This document shows positions 18,196 through 27,522 of a stretch of 64,000 bases of DNA, in pieces (the first letter of the stretch is position 1; each line of letters begins with the position of its first letter). The position numbers and the translations under genes were made by a program. Source of the stretch: an uncultured Candidatus Micrarchaeota archaeon. Lineage in GTDB: Archaea > Micrarchaeota > Micrarchaeia > Micrarchaeales > Micrarchaeaceae. The stretch lies in assembly GCA_963741095.1 (NCBI GenBank), contig CAVUGN010000002.1:96001-160000 (forward strand), given 5' to 3'. The notes beneath the pieces were generated by a model. That model searched no databases. It was given only the letters and a program-made list of their open reading frames with translations, and was not told the DNA's origin.

Positions 18196-19077
18196 TTGGC
18201 ACGTGAGCGCATCAGCCAAATAGCAACCTCGCACTTCGATCTGCGGCACACCTTCGAATCGGCCAATCCTCTGACATTCTTCGGCGAATACAACCCCAAA
18301 GAAAAGAGTCTCGCTTATCCTGCAGGCCGCAATCTGGTGAAAGTAAGGTTTGTCGGAGATTCGGTGAAGGGGAAGCTCATCCTAGATGGCGACAACCCGC
18401 ATCTGAAGAAAGAGGTAATCACTAGGCTGAGGCTCAATGATGACCTAAAAAAGATATACGCAGCCATTGCAACCGATGACTTCATGGAGCGCGCAATCAA
18501 AAAATATGACGGGATGCATGTCACGCTCAATGATCCGTGGGAGACGACCGTATGCTTCATAATCTCGCAGTATAACAACGTGAAACGCATAAGAAGGATA
18601 ACAAAAAGCATCGTCGAAAGATTCGGGCAAGACATACTGGGCAGAAATGGCTATGTTGTGGCAAAGAGTTTTCCCAAAACCGCAGATCTGGCTGAAGTTA
18701 CTATCAAAGAATTCATGGAATGCGGTGCGGGTTTTCGGGCAAGATACCTGAAAGAGGCTGCAGAATATTGTTCAAGCAGCATGAATCTGAACAAAATAGG
18801 CAGACTCGATTACGATTCGTTGAAAGAGGAATTGATGGAGATAAAAGGGGTGGGCGACAAGGTGGCTGACTGCATAGCCCTCATGGGATACGGAAAACTC
18901 GAGGCTTTCCCGATAGATGTTTGGGTTAAAAGGACTATGGAGAGGGTATACTTCAAAGGAAATGATATGAAGATAGAGGACCTGCGCAAGTTCGCCAACG
19001 AAAGATTCGGCGACTATTGTGGGTACGCGCAGCAGTATATTTTTCATACCTCAAGAATTAATAATTTGTATAAATAA
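18196..19077 (+). CDS. ogg: 8-oxoguanine DNA glycosylase (OGG1-like, HhH-GPD)
   Basis: DPWETTVCFIISQYNNVKRI, GVGDKVADCIAL, FPIDVW and GYAQQYIF. Confidence 0.9.
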   Translation: MARERISQIATSHFDLRHTFESANPLTFFGEYNPKEKSLAYPAGRNLVKVRFVGDSVKGKLILDGDNPHLKKEVITRLRLNDDLKKIYAAIATDDFMERAIKKYDGMHVTLNDPWETTVCFIISQYNNVKRIRRITKSIVERFGQDILGRNGYVVAKSFPKTADLAEVTIKEFMECGAGFRARYLKEAAEYCSSSMNLNKIGRLDYDSLKEELMEIKGVGDKVADCIALMGYGKLEAFPIDVWVKRTMERVYFKGNDMKIEDLRKFANERFGDYCGYAQQYIFHTSRINNLYK

Positions 19078-19086
19078 AAATTATTC

Positions 19087-19977
19087 ATGATAAGCGGTTG
19101 TTGCAAAAATTGTGGGAGAACCTTTTTCACTTTTCCCTCTGATATAAATAAAGGTGGAGGCAAATTTTGCAGCACAGATTGTTTTAACAAATATCGCATA
19201 GAGACGAACGGTTGGTTCAGCGGCGCAGAAAAAATGAGATGCCTTTCATGTGGCAAAGAGTTTTTAGTTGCTAAATGGTTTGTAATTAAAAGAGGGCGAA
19301 AATTCTGTAGTATAAAATGTGTTGGTAAATACTACTCTGGGAAAAACAGTCCGTTTTGGAAGGGAGGAAAAATAGAAAGAAAATGTCTAAATTGCGGTAA
19401 AATATTTGCAGTTAGAAAATATACAGTCGCTGAAAATCACGGCAAATTTTGTGGCAGATACTGTATGGGCAAGTATAATAGTAAACATTATTCTGGGAAA
19501 AACAGTTTTAACTACAGAGAGGATTCCGGTCCAAACATAACCGTAATATGTAAATTTTGTCATAAATCATACAAAGTCTACCCTTCCCAAATGAGGCGCA
19601 CAAAATTTTGTTCGAAGCATTGCTTAAATCTTCACAACTATATTAATGCGCCATCAAAAGATACTAACATAGAAAAAGAAGTTAGCCTGTGGCTAAATGA
19701 ATTACATATTAAATACGAACAACAAAAACTACTCCTAAATACTACCTTTGCGGATTTCTTTTTAGAGCCCAATATTGCAATATACTGTGATGGGAAATAC
19801 TGGCATTCAAAATCTTATACTAAAAATAGAGACAAATTCGTAAACAAGCTTTTGAAAGACAATGGTTATAAAGTCCTACGACTTAAAGAAAAAGAAATAA
19901 AGAATCAATCTGGCAAAATCAAACTGAATAATATCATAAAAATTAACAAAGGCGACAAATTTGAGGGAACTGATTAA
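19087..19977 (+). CDS. Zinc-repeat DNA-binding protein with C-terminal Vsr/DUF559 endonuclease (homing-endonuclease-like)
   Basis: Four CxxC...KFCSxxC-type repeats, NUMOD3-like SGKNSPFWKGG, and a C-terminal T.IE...ADF...IYCDGKYWH...RD...GYKVLR nuclease core. Markedly AT-rich. Confidence 0.8.
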   Translation: MISGCCKNCGRTFFTFPSDINKGGGKFCSTDCFNKYRIETNGWFSGAEKMRCLSCGKEFLVAKWFVIKRGRKFCSIKCVGKYYSGKNSPFWKGGKIERKCLNCGKIFAVRKYTVAENHGKFCGRYCMGKYNSKHYSGKNSFNYREDSGPNITVICKFCHKSYKVYPSQMRRTKFCSKHCLNLHNYINAPSKDTNIEKEVSLWLNELHIKYEQQKLLLNTTFADFFLEPNIAIYCDGKYWHSKSYTKNRDKFVNKLLKDNGYKVLRLKEKEIKNQSGKIKLNNIIKINKGDKFEGTD

Positions 19978-20536
19978 CGACGTACGTAAAACAGGCAAGT
20001 ATCTGTCGAATAAGCAGAAGGAGTTCGACAGCGTGACGGACGTGAGCAGGGAGATCATACGCGATTCCGCGAGCGCGATAACCATGCTGCACAACAACGA
20101 TCCAAAAGGCGCGGCCAAGACGATAAAAGCGGCATACACAGGCGTTAAAAAGCTGAACAAGTCAGACACGAGATTCGAGTACTACTCAAGGCAGGCATAC
20201 CAGGAATACGCGGAAGCCACGATATTCTACGGGATAAAGACGAAGAGGGTGGTGCCATCGATCAAGGAAGTCGGCGTGGAGGCGGAAGCCTACCTGCTCG
20301 GCCTCATGGATGTGATGGGCGAGCTCAAGCGGGAGATACTGGAGGAATTGCGGAACGGCAACGTAGAAAAGGCCGAGTTCTATTTCGGCAAGATGAGGCT
20401 GATATACGACAGCACAAGAAGCCTTAGATTTGCAGAGGCGATACTCAACGGATTCAGGAGGAAGCAGGACGTGGCAAGAATACAGCTGGAGGGTGCGGGA
20501 AGCGAGATGCTCTCGTCAAAGTCGAAAAAAGAATGA
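19961..20536 (+). CDS. Translin family protein
   Basis: SREIIR.S..AI, AYQEYAEA, AYLLGLMDVMGELKR and FRRKQDVAR. Confidence 0.88.
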   Translation: MRELINDVRKTGKYLSNKQKEFDSVTDVSREIIRDSASAITMLHNNDPKGAAKTIKAAYTGVKKLNKSDTRFEYYSRQAYQEYAEATIFYGIKTKRVVPSIKEVGVEAEAYLLGLMDVMGELKREILEELRNGNVEKAEFYFGKMRLIYDSTRSLRFAEAILNGFRRKQDVARIQLEGAGSEMLSSKSKKE

Positions 20537-20538
20537 CA

Positions 20539-21861
20539 TCAGCGGCGCCTTGCGCGCGCGTCGACCGTCTTTATCGCGTCCTCGAATATGTCCAAGCCCT
20601 TTTTCAGATCCGCTTCGGTCGAAGTGACTGGGGGGATTATCCTTATGGCCGATTTGCCGCACGGAAGCAGTAACAGGCCGTTCCTGAACGCCTCGACAAG
20701 CACATCATCGCTCTCCTTGATTGCCGGAGTCTTGCTCTCCTTGTCCTTAACCAGCTCTACCCCTATCATCATGCCCATGCCCCTTACGTCGCCGACAATC
20801 TCGTAGTCATCCTTCATCTCGTTGAGCCTGTCCATGATCATTTTGCCGTTCTTCTTGACCTTTGCCTGCAGGCTCTTCATATTCTTTTTTACGTAATCAA
20901 GAGCTGCCTCAGCAGAAGCCACCTCGGGCAGGTTGCCGCCGAACGTAGTGCCGTGTGCGCCCCTTGGAATGTCCCCCAAAGAGCTCCTCGCGATAGTGGC
21001 GCCTAGTGGAAGTCCCCCTCCCAGCGCCTTTGCCATCGTGTAGATGTCGGCCTCGACGCCGAAGTTGTCAAGGGCCAAGAACTTCCCGGTTCTCATGTAT
21101 CCGGACTGCACCTCATCGGCGATGAGCAGTATGCCGTGCTCGCTCGCAAGCTTCCTCAACTCCTTCATGAACAGCTTGGGCGGCACTACATACCCTCCCT
21201 CTCCCTGTATCGGCTCTATCATTATCGCAGCCACTTCCTCGGGATCAACATCCCTTTCAAGTATCGTGTCCCTCAGGTAAGAGATGCAGAACCTTGCGCA
21301 CTCGTTGGCGTCTCCGTACGGAAACCTGTACGGATACGGATAAGGAGCATGAATCACAGAATTGAACGGTCCGAAGTGCGCCCTCTGTGTCTTGCTTGAT
21401 GCAGTCACGCCCAACGAGCCGTAACTTCTTCCATGGAACGCGCCGTAGAAGCCTATCACATACTGTCTTTTCGTGAATATCTTTGCGAATTTAATGGCCG
21501 CCTCGTTCGCTTCGGTGCCGGAATTGGAGAAGAAGACGCGACCGAAGCCCTTCGGGAACATCGTCACCAGCTTCTCCGCATAGCGCACTGGCAGTTCGGC
21601 GTAGAAGTCTGTGAATGCGGCGTGCATCATCTTGTCGATCTGCGCCTTGGCAGCCTTCCTAGAAGCTACGCGGCCATCCTCCCCCAGATTGTAAACGGAA
21701 ATGAAGCTTGTGAAATCTATGAACTTGTTTCCTGCTATGTCGTAGACGTAGTCGCCGTCGCCGTGGTCGGCAACGAACGGGTATGGCACCCTCTTCATCG
21801 AGAATATTACTTTCCCATCCCTCTCCATCACTTTCTCTATGCTCTTGGTGATCTTTATCAT
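20539..21861 (-). CDS. Class III PLP aminotransferase (4-aminobutyrate/ornithine type)
   Basis: FSNSGTEANE, AFHGRSYG, EPIQGEGG, ADEVQSG and MAKALGGG (PLP lysine). Confidence 0.92.
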   Translation of the reverse strand: MIKITKSIEKVMERDGKVIFSMKRVPYPFVADHGDGDYVYDIAGNKFIDFTSFISVYNLGEDGRVASRKAAKAQIDKMMHAAFTDFYAELPVRYAEKLVTMFPKGFGRVFFSNSGTEANEAAIKFAKIFTKRQYVIGFYGAFHGRSYGSLGVTASSKTQRAHFGPFNSVIHAPYPYPYRFPYGDANECARFCISYLRDTILERDVDPEEVAAIMIEPIQGEGGYVVPPKLFMKELRKLASEHGILLIADEVQSGYMRTGKFLALDNFGVEADIYTMAKALGGGLPLGATIARSSLGDIPRGAHGTTFGGNLPEVASAEAALDYVKKNMKSLQAKVKKNGKMIMDRLNEMKDDYEIVGDVRGMGMMIGVELVKDKESKTPAIKESDDVLVEAFRNGLLLLPCGKSAIRIIPPVTSTEADLKKGLDIFEDAIKTVDARARRR

Positions 21862-23267
21862 AAGATCTTGCCTCTGTACTTCGAATAGTCTATCAGCGCC
21901 GCCATGGAGCTTGCGGCCTCAGAAGGGGAACTGTAGACCGGCACGCCGGAGCTCTCCATCATCGCCCTGTGCGCCTGCGTGTAGCTGCCACCCATGCTTA
22001 TAACGACCAACGGCTTCTTCATCTGTGTGCCGAAATGTATCAGGCTCGCGGCAAGCTTCGAATCGGCTCCAGGCGTCTGGAACAGGGCTATCACAACAAT
22101 TGCGTCAACATTGTCGTCGCTCTCCACCGCGTTGAGCGCATCGCCGAACCTTTTTTCATCGGCATCTCCGGCAAGGTCCAAGGGCAACCTGATGTTCACT
22201 ATCGATGGCATGACCTTCTTCAGCGACGTCTCTGAATCCTTCGACAGCGTTGCCAATTTCAGGCCGCTCTTGTAAAGCGCGTCCGTGGTGAGCACTCCCG
22301 TCCCTCCGCCGTTAGTGATTATCGCGATCCTGTTGCCCGTAGCCAAGGGCTGCGTGCTGAGCACCTTTGCGAAGTTCAGCAGGTCCTTCAGGTCGCTCGC
22401 GATCGAGAATCCACACTGCCTGAAGACCGCCTCATAGGCCTGATAGCTGCCGGTCAGTGCAGCAGTGTGCGAATGCGCAGCTCCCGCGCCCGCCTCGGTT
22501 ATGCCGCCCTTTATTATCACGACCGGCTTTACCTTCGTAACCTCCTTTGCTATCTCTATGAACTCCTTGCCCCTCTTCACGCCTTCTATGTAGAAAATTA
22601 TGACCTTCGTCTCCTTGTCGTGCAGCAGATAGTGCAGTATGTCGACCTCGTCGACAACAGCCGCATTGCCGTAGGATATGAAGCGCGCAAGCCCGAAACC
22701 CTCGTTGTTTATCATGTCCAGCACCGAGCTTCCTACGGCGCCGCTCTGCGACACGAAACTGATGCCTCCGACCTTTGCCTTGTCGATCTTGAACGAGGGC
22801 AGGAACAAGGTGTTGTTCCTTGATCTCGGATCCATCACCCCCAAGCAGTTCGGCCCTATCACCGGCATCGAGTACTTCTTCGCGACCTTTTCGAGCTGGT
22901 TCTGCAGATCAACATTGCCGACCTCCGCAAAGCCGCCGCTCACAACCACTACTCCCTTGACTTTTGCCTTGCCGCATTCCTCGAGCACGCTGGGCACTAT
23001 CATCGCGGGCACCGCTATCACCGCAAGGTCTATCTCATCCTTCACGTCAAGAACGCTCTTGTAGGACTTGATCCCCATTATGGTGCCAGTGCTGTTGATG
23101 TTTATGGGATAAAGCTTGCCGGAATATCCCTCCTCAACGTAATTGCTCATGATTATGTGCCCGACCTTGTCCGGATTGTCAGACGCGCCTATTATCGCTA
23201 CCGATCTCGGGTGCACTATGGCCTCAATGTCTGCGTAGTTCTTGTTTTCGGGCATAGGATCATGCAT
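21858..23267 (-). CDS. acdA: Acetate--CoA ligase (ADP-forming) alpha subunit
   Basis: PRSVAIIGAS, GPNCLG, SQSGAVG, SHTAAL phospho-His and ITNGGG. Confidence 0.93.
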   Translation of the reverse strand: MHDPMPENKNYADIEAIVHPRSVAIIGASDNPDKVGHIIMSNYVEEGYSGKLYPININSTGTIMGIKSYKSVLDVKDEIDLAVIAVPAMIVPSVLEECGKAKVKGVVVVSGGFAEVGNVDLQNQLEKVAKKYSMPVIGPNCLGVMDPRSRNNTLFLPSFKIDKAKVGGISFVSQSGAVGSSVLDMINNEGFGLARFISYGNAAVVDEVDILHYLLHDKETKVIIFYIEGVKRGKEFIEIAKEVTKVKPVVIIKGGITEAGAGAAHSHTAALTGSYQAYEAVFRQCGFSIASDLKDLLNFAKVLSTQPLATGNRIAIITNGGGTGVLTTDALYKSGLKLATLSKDSETSLKKVMPSIVNIRLPLDLAGDADEKRFGDALNAVESDDNVDAIVVIALFQTPGADSKLAASLIHFGTQMKKPLVVISMGGSYTQAHRAMMESSGVPVYSSPSEAASSMAALIDYSKYRGKIL

Positions 23268-23268
23268 T

Positions 23269-23883
23269 CTATTCTATCATGCGCAGGTCGACCGCCTCAT
23301 AGCCGGTCTCGTTTATTATGATCGGGTTCAAGTCGAGCTCGCTTATCTTCGTGTCATAGAACATCCTCGACGCCTTCATCAGAAGATCCACGACCCTCTT
23401 TTCCGCTTCCGGATTCGGCGCGATGACATTGTGCGACTTGAGCTGGAGCAGCATCTCCTTTGCGTCGTAGGTGCTTATGGGGCAGACCCTGCTGGCCGCG
23501 TCCTTGAACGTCTCGACGTATATGCCTCCAAGTCCTATCAGTATCAGCTTGCCGAACTGCGGGTCGGTGTTGCCGCCGATTATTATCTCGATGCCCTTCT
23601 TTGCCATGACCTGCGCGAGTATCTCAAACGGCGCGAACTCCTGCGCCTTCTTCTCCAAATCGGCATAGGCCTTCGTTATCTTCTCCTTCGAATTCAGGTC
23701 AAGCGCCACGAGGCCGCTCTTTGACTTGTGCATCGCCTTCTGCGCTATCACCTTCAGCACTATGCTCCGGTTCCTGGAGAAATTCACCGCTTCATCCGCG
23801 CTCTTGACATAAGTGCTCTCGATGCTGCGTATCCCGTACTTCTCCAGGATTCGATAAGCTTCCATGTAGTCTAAAAGTGCCAT
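23269..23883 (-). CDS. acdB: Acetate--CoA ligase (ADP-forming) beta subunit (ATP-grasp)
   Basis: HKSKSGLV, DPQFG...GLGGIYVETFKD and ELDLNP; adjacent to the alpha subunit. Confidence 0.9.
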   Translation of the reverse strand: MALLDYMEAYRILEKYGIRSIESTYVKSADEAVNFSRNRSIVLKVIAQKAMHKSKSGLVALDLNSKEKITKAYADLEKKAQEFAPFEILAQVMAKKGIEIIIGGNTDPQFGKLILIGLGGIYVETFKDAASRVCPISTYDAKEMLLQLKSHNVIAPNPEAEKRVVDLLMKASRMFYDTKISELDLNPIIINETGYEAVDLRMIE

Positions 23884-23911
23884 TCACTCACCCATACGCA
23901 GTTGCTGTCCG

Positions 23912-24679
23912 CTAGAACTTGATCAAATTCATCATGTACGCCAGCACGGCGACGATCACGATTATCCCGATAGCCGCAATCACATAATACATCCTCTTCA
24001 TCTTCGCCTTCTTTATGTTGGCTTCCAGCTGGTTTATGTCAAGCGGGGGTTTCTGCTGCGCAGCCGCAGCTGTTGCTGCTTGGCCGGTTCCTCCCATTGG
24101 CTGTGCACCCGCCGCTCCAGATTGCTGCTGGGCCGGCTGCTGCCCCTCCTGCGACATCGGATTCGCCGCCTGCTGCTGTGCATCCGCTGCAGCCTGTGCG
24201 GTCTTCTCCTCCTGCGTCTGAGGCATGCCACTTCTCGCCTGGACGAAGCCCTTCTCGGTAAGCGTTATGGTCACCAACCCGTTCCTGAACTCGTACGTGA
24301 GGTACTGCTGCTGCCCCAGTTTGTAGAGATGCATAGCAAGGTCGGTCGGCCTGATGTTGATGGCGCCGCTCAGATCCTGTATGGTCCGCTTGCCGTTAGA
24401 AAGCTGCGTAAGTATGGCATAATCCAGGTGCCCGAATTCCGCAGCGGTGCCTGCAATCGCATCGGCCATGACCTTCTTGCCCAGCTCCGTCACGGTCACC
24501 GCGCTCTGTCCCGGGAACGAGGTCGTGAAATCGACGAGCCCCTTCTGCCTCAGAGTGGCCAGTATGTTGGAGGCATCGAAGAAGGACGAGTTTATCATGC
24601 CGCCGAATTTTTCGGCGTAGGTGTCCGGTGTTATCCTGCTAAGCGCGACAATATCAACAAAATTTACCTCGTCAGGCAT
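23912..24679 (-). CDS. Hypothetical protein: tandem winged-helix domains, Q/A-rich linker, C-terminal TM
   Basis: Two wHTH-like units (LRQKGLV...VTELG; LGQQQYL...LTEKG), a low-complexity Gln/Ala stretch and a hydrophobic C-terminus. Confidence 0.7.
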   Translation of the reverse strand: MPDEVNFVDIVALSRITPDTYAEKFGGMINSSFFDASNILATLRQKGLVDFTTSFPGQSAVTVTELGKKVMADAIAGTAAEFGHLDYAILTQLSNGKRTIQDLSGAINIRPTDLAMHLYKLGQQQYLTYEFRNGLVTITLTEKGFVQARSGMPQTQEEKTAQAAADAQQQAANPMSQEGQQPAQQQSGAAGAQPMGGTGQAATAAAAQQKPPLDINQLEANIKKAKMKRMYYVIAAIGIIVIVAVLAYMMNLIKF

Positions 24680-24875
24680 TGAATCACTACTACTAAGAAA
24701 CAAACATATTTATTAGCTTTATCGCCTTTTGAGCATCTCCGGGGCGATGTCTGCCGGTTCAAGGCAAACCGCGCACGAGAAACTGCCATAGAAAGTATTT
24801 TAGTTTTTGGATTCGAAGCCAATGCACTAGGCGGCAGTCAAATCTTCATTTTAACACGACGAATGGTAATCATTG

Positions 24876-26132
24876 ATGCTACTAAATTTTCTGGGAGGCG
24901 CAAGAGAGGTTGGAAGGTCTGCCGTGCTACTGCAGGACGGCGGCAAGAGCCTGATGCTCGACCACGGGGTGAAAGTGGGTGACAAGCCGGAATACCCGCT
25001 CCCTGCCTCGCACGTCGACGGAGTGGTGCTGAGCCACGCGCATCTTGACCACAGCGGCTCCGTCCCCGTAATCTACAACAACGAGCTGGTACCGACCTTC
25101 GGCACCGCGCCCACACTCAAGCTGTCCGAGCTGCTTCTGGACGACTCGCTTGAGATAGCGAGGAAGGAGCACATGCAGCCCAGGTTCCACAAGCGCCAGA
25201 TATCGAGCTTCATGAACCGGTACATAAGCCTGAATTACCACGCGAGAAGCGAGCTCGGCAATTTCGGGATAGAGATGCACGATGCAGGCCACGTGAGCGG
25301 CAGTGCGGTAACGCTGATAGAAAGGACGAAAGCCAAGGAGAACCGGCGCGTGGTCTACACCGGAGACTTCAAGATGGAGGCGCAGTACCTCCACAAGGGG
25401 GCCGAGGTCGTCAAGTCGGATGTGCTGATAACCGAATCGACCTACGCCACAAGGGAGCACCCCGACCGGAACAAGCTGATAAAGGATTTCGTCGAGAACG
25501 TGCGAAGCACTCTGGATGACGGCGGAACGGCGCTGGTACCAGTGTTTGCCGTGGGGAGGAGCCAGGAGATACTCTCAATCCTTTACAGACACAGGCTCAC
25601 ACCTGCAACGTACGTGGATGGCATGGCCAGGGCCGCCACGACCATAATACTGAAGCACCCGGATTTCATAAGGCACGACGGCGTCCTGTCAAAGGCGGTC
25701 GAGGAGTGCATGATGATAAAGGACAAGCGCCACAGGAAGGACGTGCTGAACGAGCCGTCAATAATCCTGACCACCGCGGGAATGCTGAACGGCGGCCCTG
25801 TCCTGAATTATATAACAAAGCTGAACAAGAAGTCGAAGATACTCATAACCGGTTACCAGGTTGCCGGCACGAACGGCCGCACTCTTCTGGATCGGGGCGT
25901 TGTGATCATCGACGAGAACCCGGTGAAGATAAGCACACCGACCTTCTACTACGACCTGTCCGCGCATGCCGGCAAGGACGACCTGTACAAGTACGTCAGG
26001 CAGTCCGCGCCTCGGATTGTCATCTGCATGCACGGCGACGAGAACAACACTACGGATTTCGCAGAGAATCTTAAAATGGAGGGATACGAAGCCTACTCCC
26101 CAAAAATCGGAGAGACCATCAAGCTGGAATGA
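24876..26132 (+). CDS. MBL-fold beta-CASP ribonuclease (aCPSF2-like)
   Basis: GGAREVGRS, SHAHLDHSG, AGHVSG, YTGD, ESTY and LSAHAG. Confidence 0.92.
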   Translation: MLLNFLGGAREVGRSAVLLQDGGKSLMLDHGVKVGDKPEYPLPASHVDGVVLSHAHLDHSGSVPVIYNNELVPTFGTAPTLKLSELLLDDSLEIARKEHMQPRFHKRQISSFMNRYISLNYHARSELGNFGIEMHDAGHVSGSAVTLIERTKAKENRRVVYTGDFKMEAQYLHKGAEVVKSDVLITESTYATREHPDRNKLIKDFVENVRSTLDDGGTALVPVFAVGRSQEILSILYRHRLTPATYVDGMARAATTIILKHPDFIRHDGVLSKAVEECMMIKDKRHRKDVLNEPSIILTTAGMLNGGPVLNYITKLNKKSKILITGYQVAGTNGRTLLDRGVVIIDENPVKISTPTFYYDLSAHAGKDDLYKYVRQSAPRIVICMHGDENNTTDFAENLKMEGYEAYSPKIGETIKLE

Positions 26133-26141
26133 TTCTTAAAA

Positions 26142-27158
26142 TCAGAAGACGACCTGATTCTGCCGTCCTGCCGCTCCTCCACCAACCTGCGAACCGAAGT
26201 ATATCGACTGCTCTGAGAGCACCTGCTCCGGCACCTCGTAGGAGACCTTCGAATATGCCAGCAGCATCAGCGCTACAAGCCCGATGGCGCTTATGATTCC
26301 CATGTACAGCAGTCCGCTGCTCAGGAACTGGTAGCTGAACAGCACGGTCTCCGCAAGCCCGGTGATGAGGCCTATGGCGAAGCCCTTGTCCGACTGTATG
26401 AGTATGAAAATGGCTGCGAAGAGGCCGACTCCGGTCACCACCAGCCCGAGCAGCGCGCTCCCGTAGCTGTAGTTCAGATTTGCCAGGAAGTTGGGCAACC
26501 CAGACGAAGAGACGGCCTGGAATATGTACGCCAGCTGGCCGCTCGCAAAATACACGAAAGCGATGAACGCGAACAGGAACAGTCCCGCCGATATGAGGCT
26601 GATGCCGCTGTAGCTTGCGTACATCTCCTGGGCAAAGTTCTCCGACACCTTGTCTATGTCCTCAAGGCAGTAGTAACCGTGGCTGAATTCGACAGTATCC
26701 TCGTAGCAGAACGGCCTGTGGCAGTAGTCGCACACGGCATAGGCCGGCCTCCAGGGATGCCATTCGCAGAACTTGCCCTTTGCCTCGTCGCGCTCCTTGC
26801 CCGCATTCCTTTCAACCCTTTCGGGCATCGTCGAGGGCTGTGGCGCGGGCAAAGGGTGCACCTGCGTTTCAACTGGCGGCTCAACCTCGAAACGGCCTGC
26901 AGCCACGATCGGCTGCGCCGCCTGCGCTTTTTCCGGCTGGACCAACTCTCTCTTCTTGCCTCCGAAAATACCAGATAGTAAACCTTCGCCTTTTGGGGTC
27001 GCGGGCTTCTGCACGGGCTCCGCGGCCTTTGCCGGTGCTGCCGCTTCTGCCGCCGGCTCGACCCTCGCCGCTTCAACGGTCTGTGGCTTTTCGACTGCGG
27101 AGGTGCTCTTGCCTTTCCCTCTTAGCTTGAAGATCAAAAGATCCTCCGCCTCTACCAT
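26142..27158 (-). CDS. Membrane protein with B-box-like zinc finger
   Basis: Pro/Ala-rich N-terminus, CEWHPWRPAYAVCDYCHRPFCYED...YCLED, then about 4-5 TM helices. Confidence 0.7.
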   Translation of the reverse strand: MVEAEDLLIFKLRGKGKSTSAVEKPQTVEAARVEPAAEAAAPAKAAEPVQKPATPKGEGLLSGIFGGKKRELVQPEKAQAAQPIVAAGRFEVEPPVETQVHPLPAPQPSTMPERVERNAGKERDEAKGKFCEWHPWRPAYAVCDYCHRPFCYEDTVEFSHGYYCLEDIDKVSENFAQEMYASYSGISLISAGLFLFAFIAFVYFASGQLAYIFQAVSSSGLPNFLANLNYSYGSALLGLVVTGVGLFAAIFILIQSDKGFAIGLITGLAETVLFSYQFLSSGLLYMGIISAIGLVALMLLAYSKVSYEVPEQVLSEQSIYFGSQVGGGAAGRQNQVVF

Positions 27159-27391
27159 CAGATCATCTTATTGGATTTCTCGATAGCCTTCCTCTTGAGC
27201 TTCTCGAAAATGCCCCTGTGCTTTGCGCAGCTTATGCAGTAGTAAACCTTCCTCCTCTCAAAGAACCTCACGTCCTGTGGCGTGTGGGTGTCCGTGCTGA
27301 AGGTGGTCGACCTCTCGTCTATAACGGCCTTGTTCCTTGGAACCTTCCTGCCGCAAGACTCGCATGTTGTTAGCGCGTCTCTTCCTCTCAT
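27158..27391 (-). CDS. rps26e: 30S ribosomal protein eS26
   Basis: CESCGRKVPRNKAV...YYCISCAKHRGI zinc signature. Confidence 0.9.
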   Translation of the reverse strand: MRGRDALTTCESCGRKVPRNKAVIDERSTTFSTDTHTPQDVRFFERRKVYYCISCAKHRGIFEKLKRKAIEKSNKMI

Positions 27392-27522
27392 AAAACCTCG
27401 ATATAATCTCAAAACGAGAAGATTAATAACCCTTTACTAGCGGAAGAGCCTTTTCATGCCCGCGATCGCAGCCAACGGCAGAAGATATAAATACTCAAAA
27501 TCGGTAATAAAGACAGCCAAAG

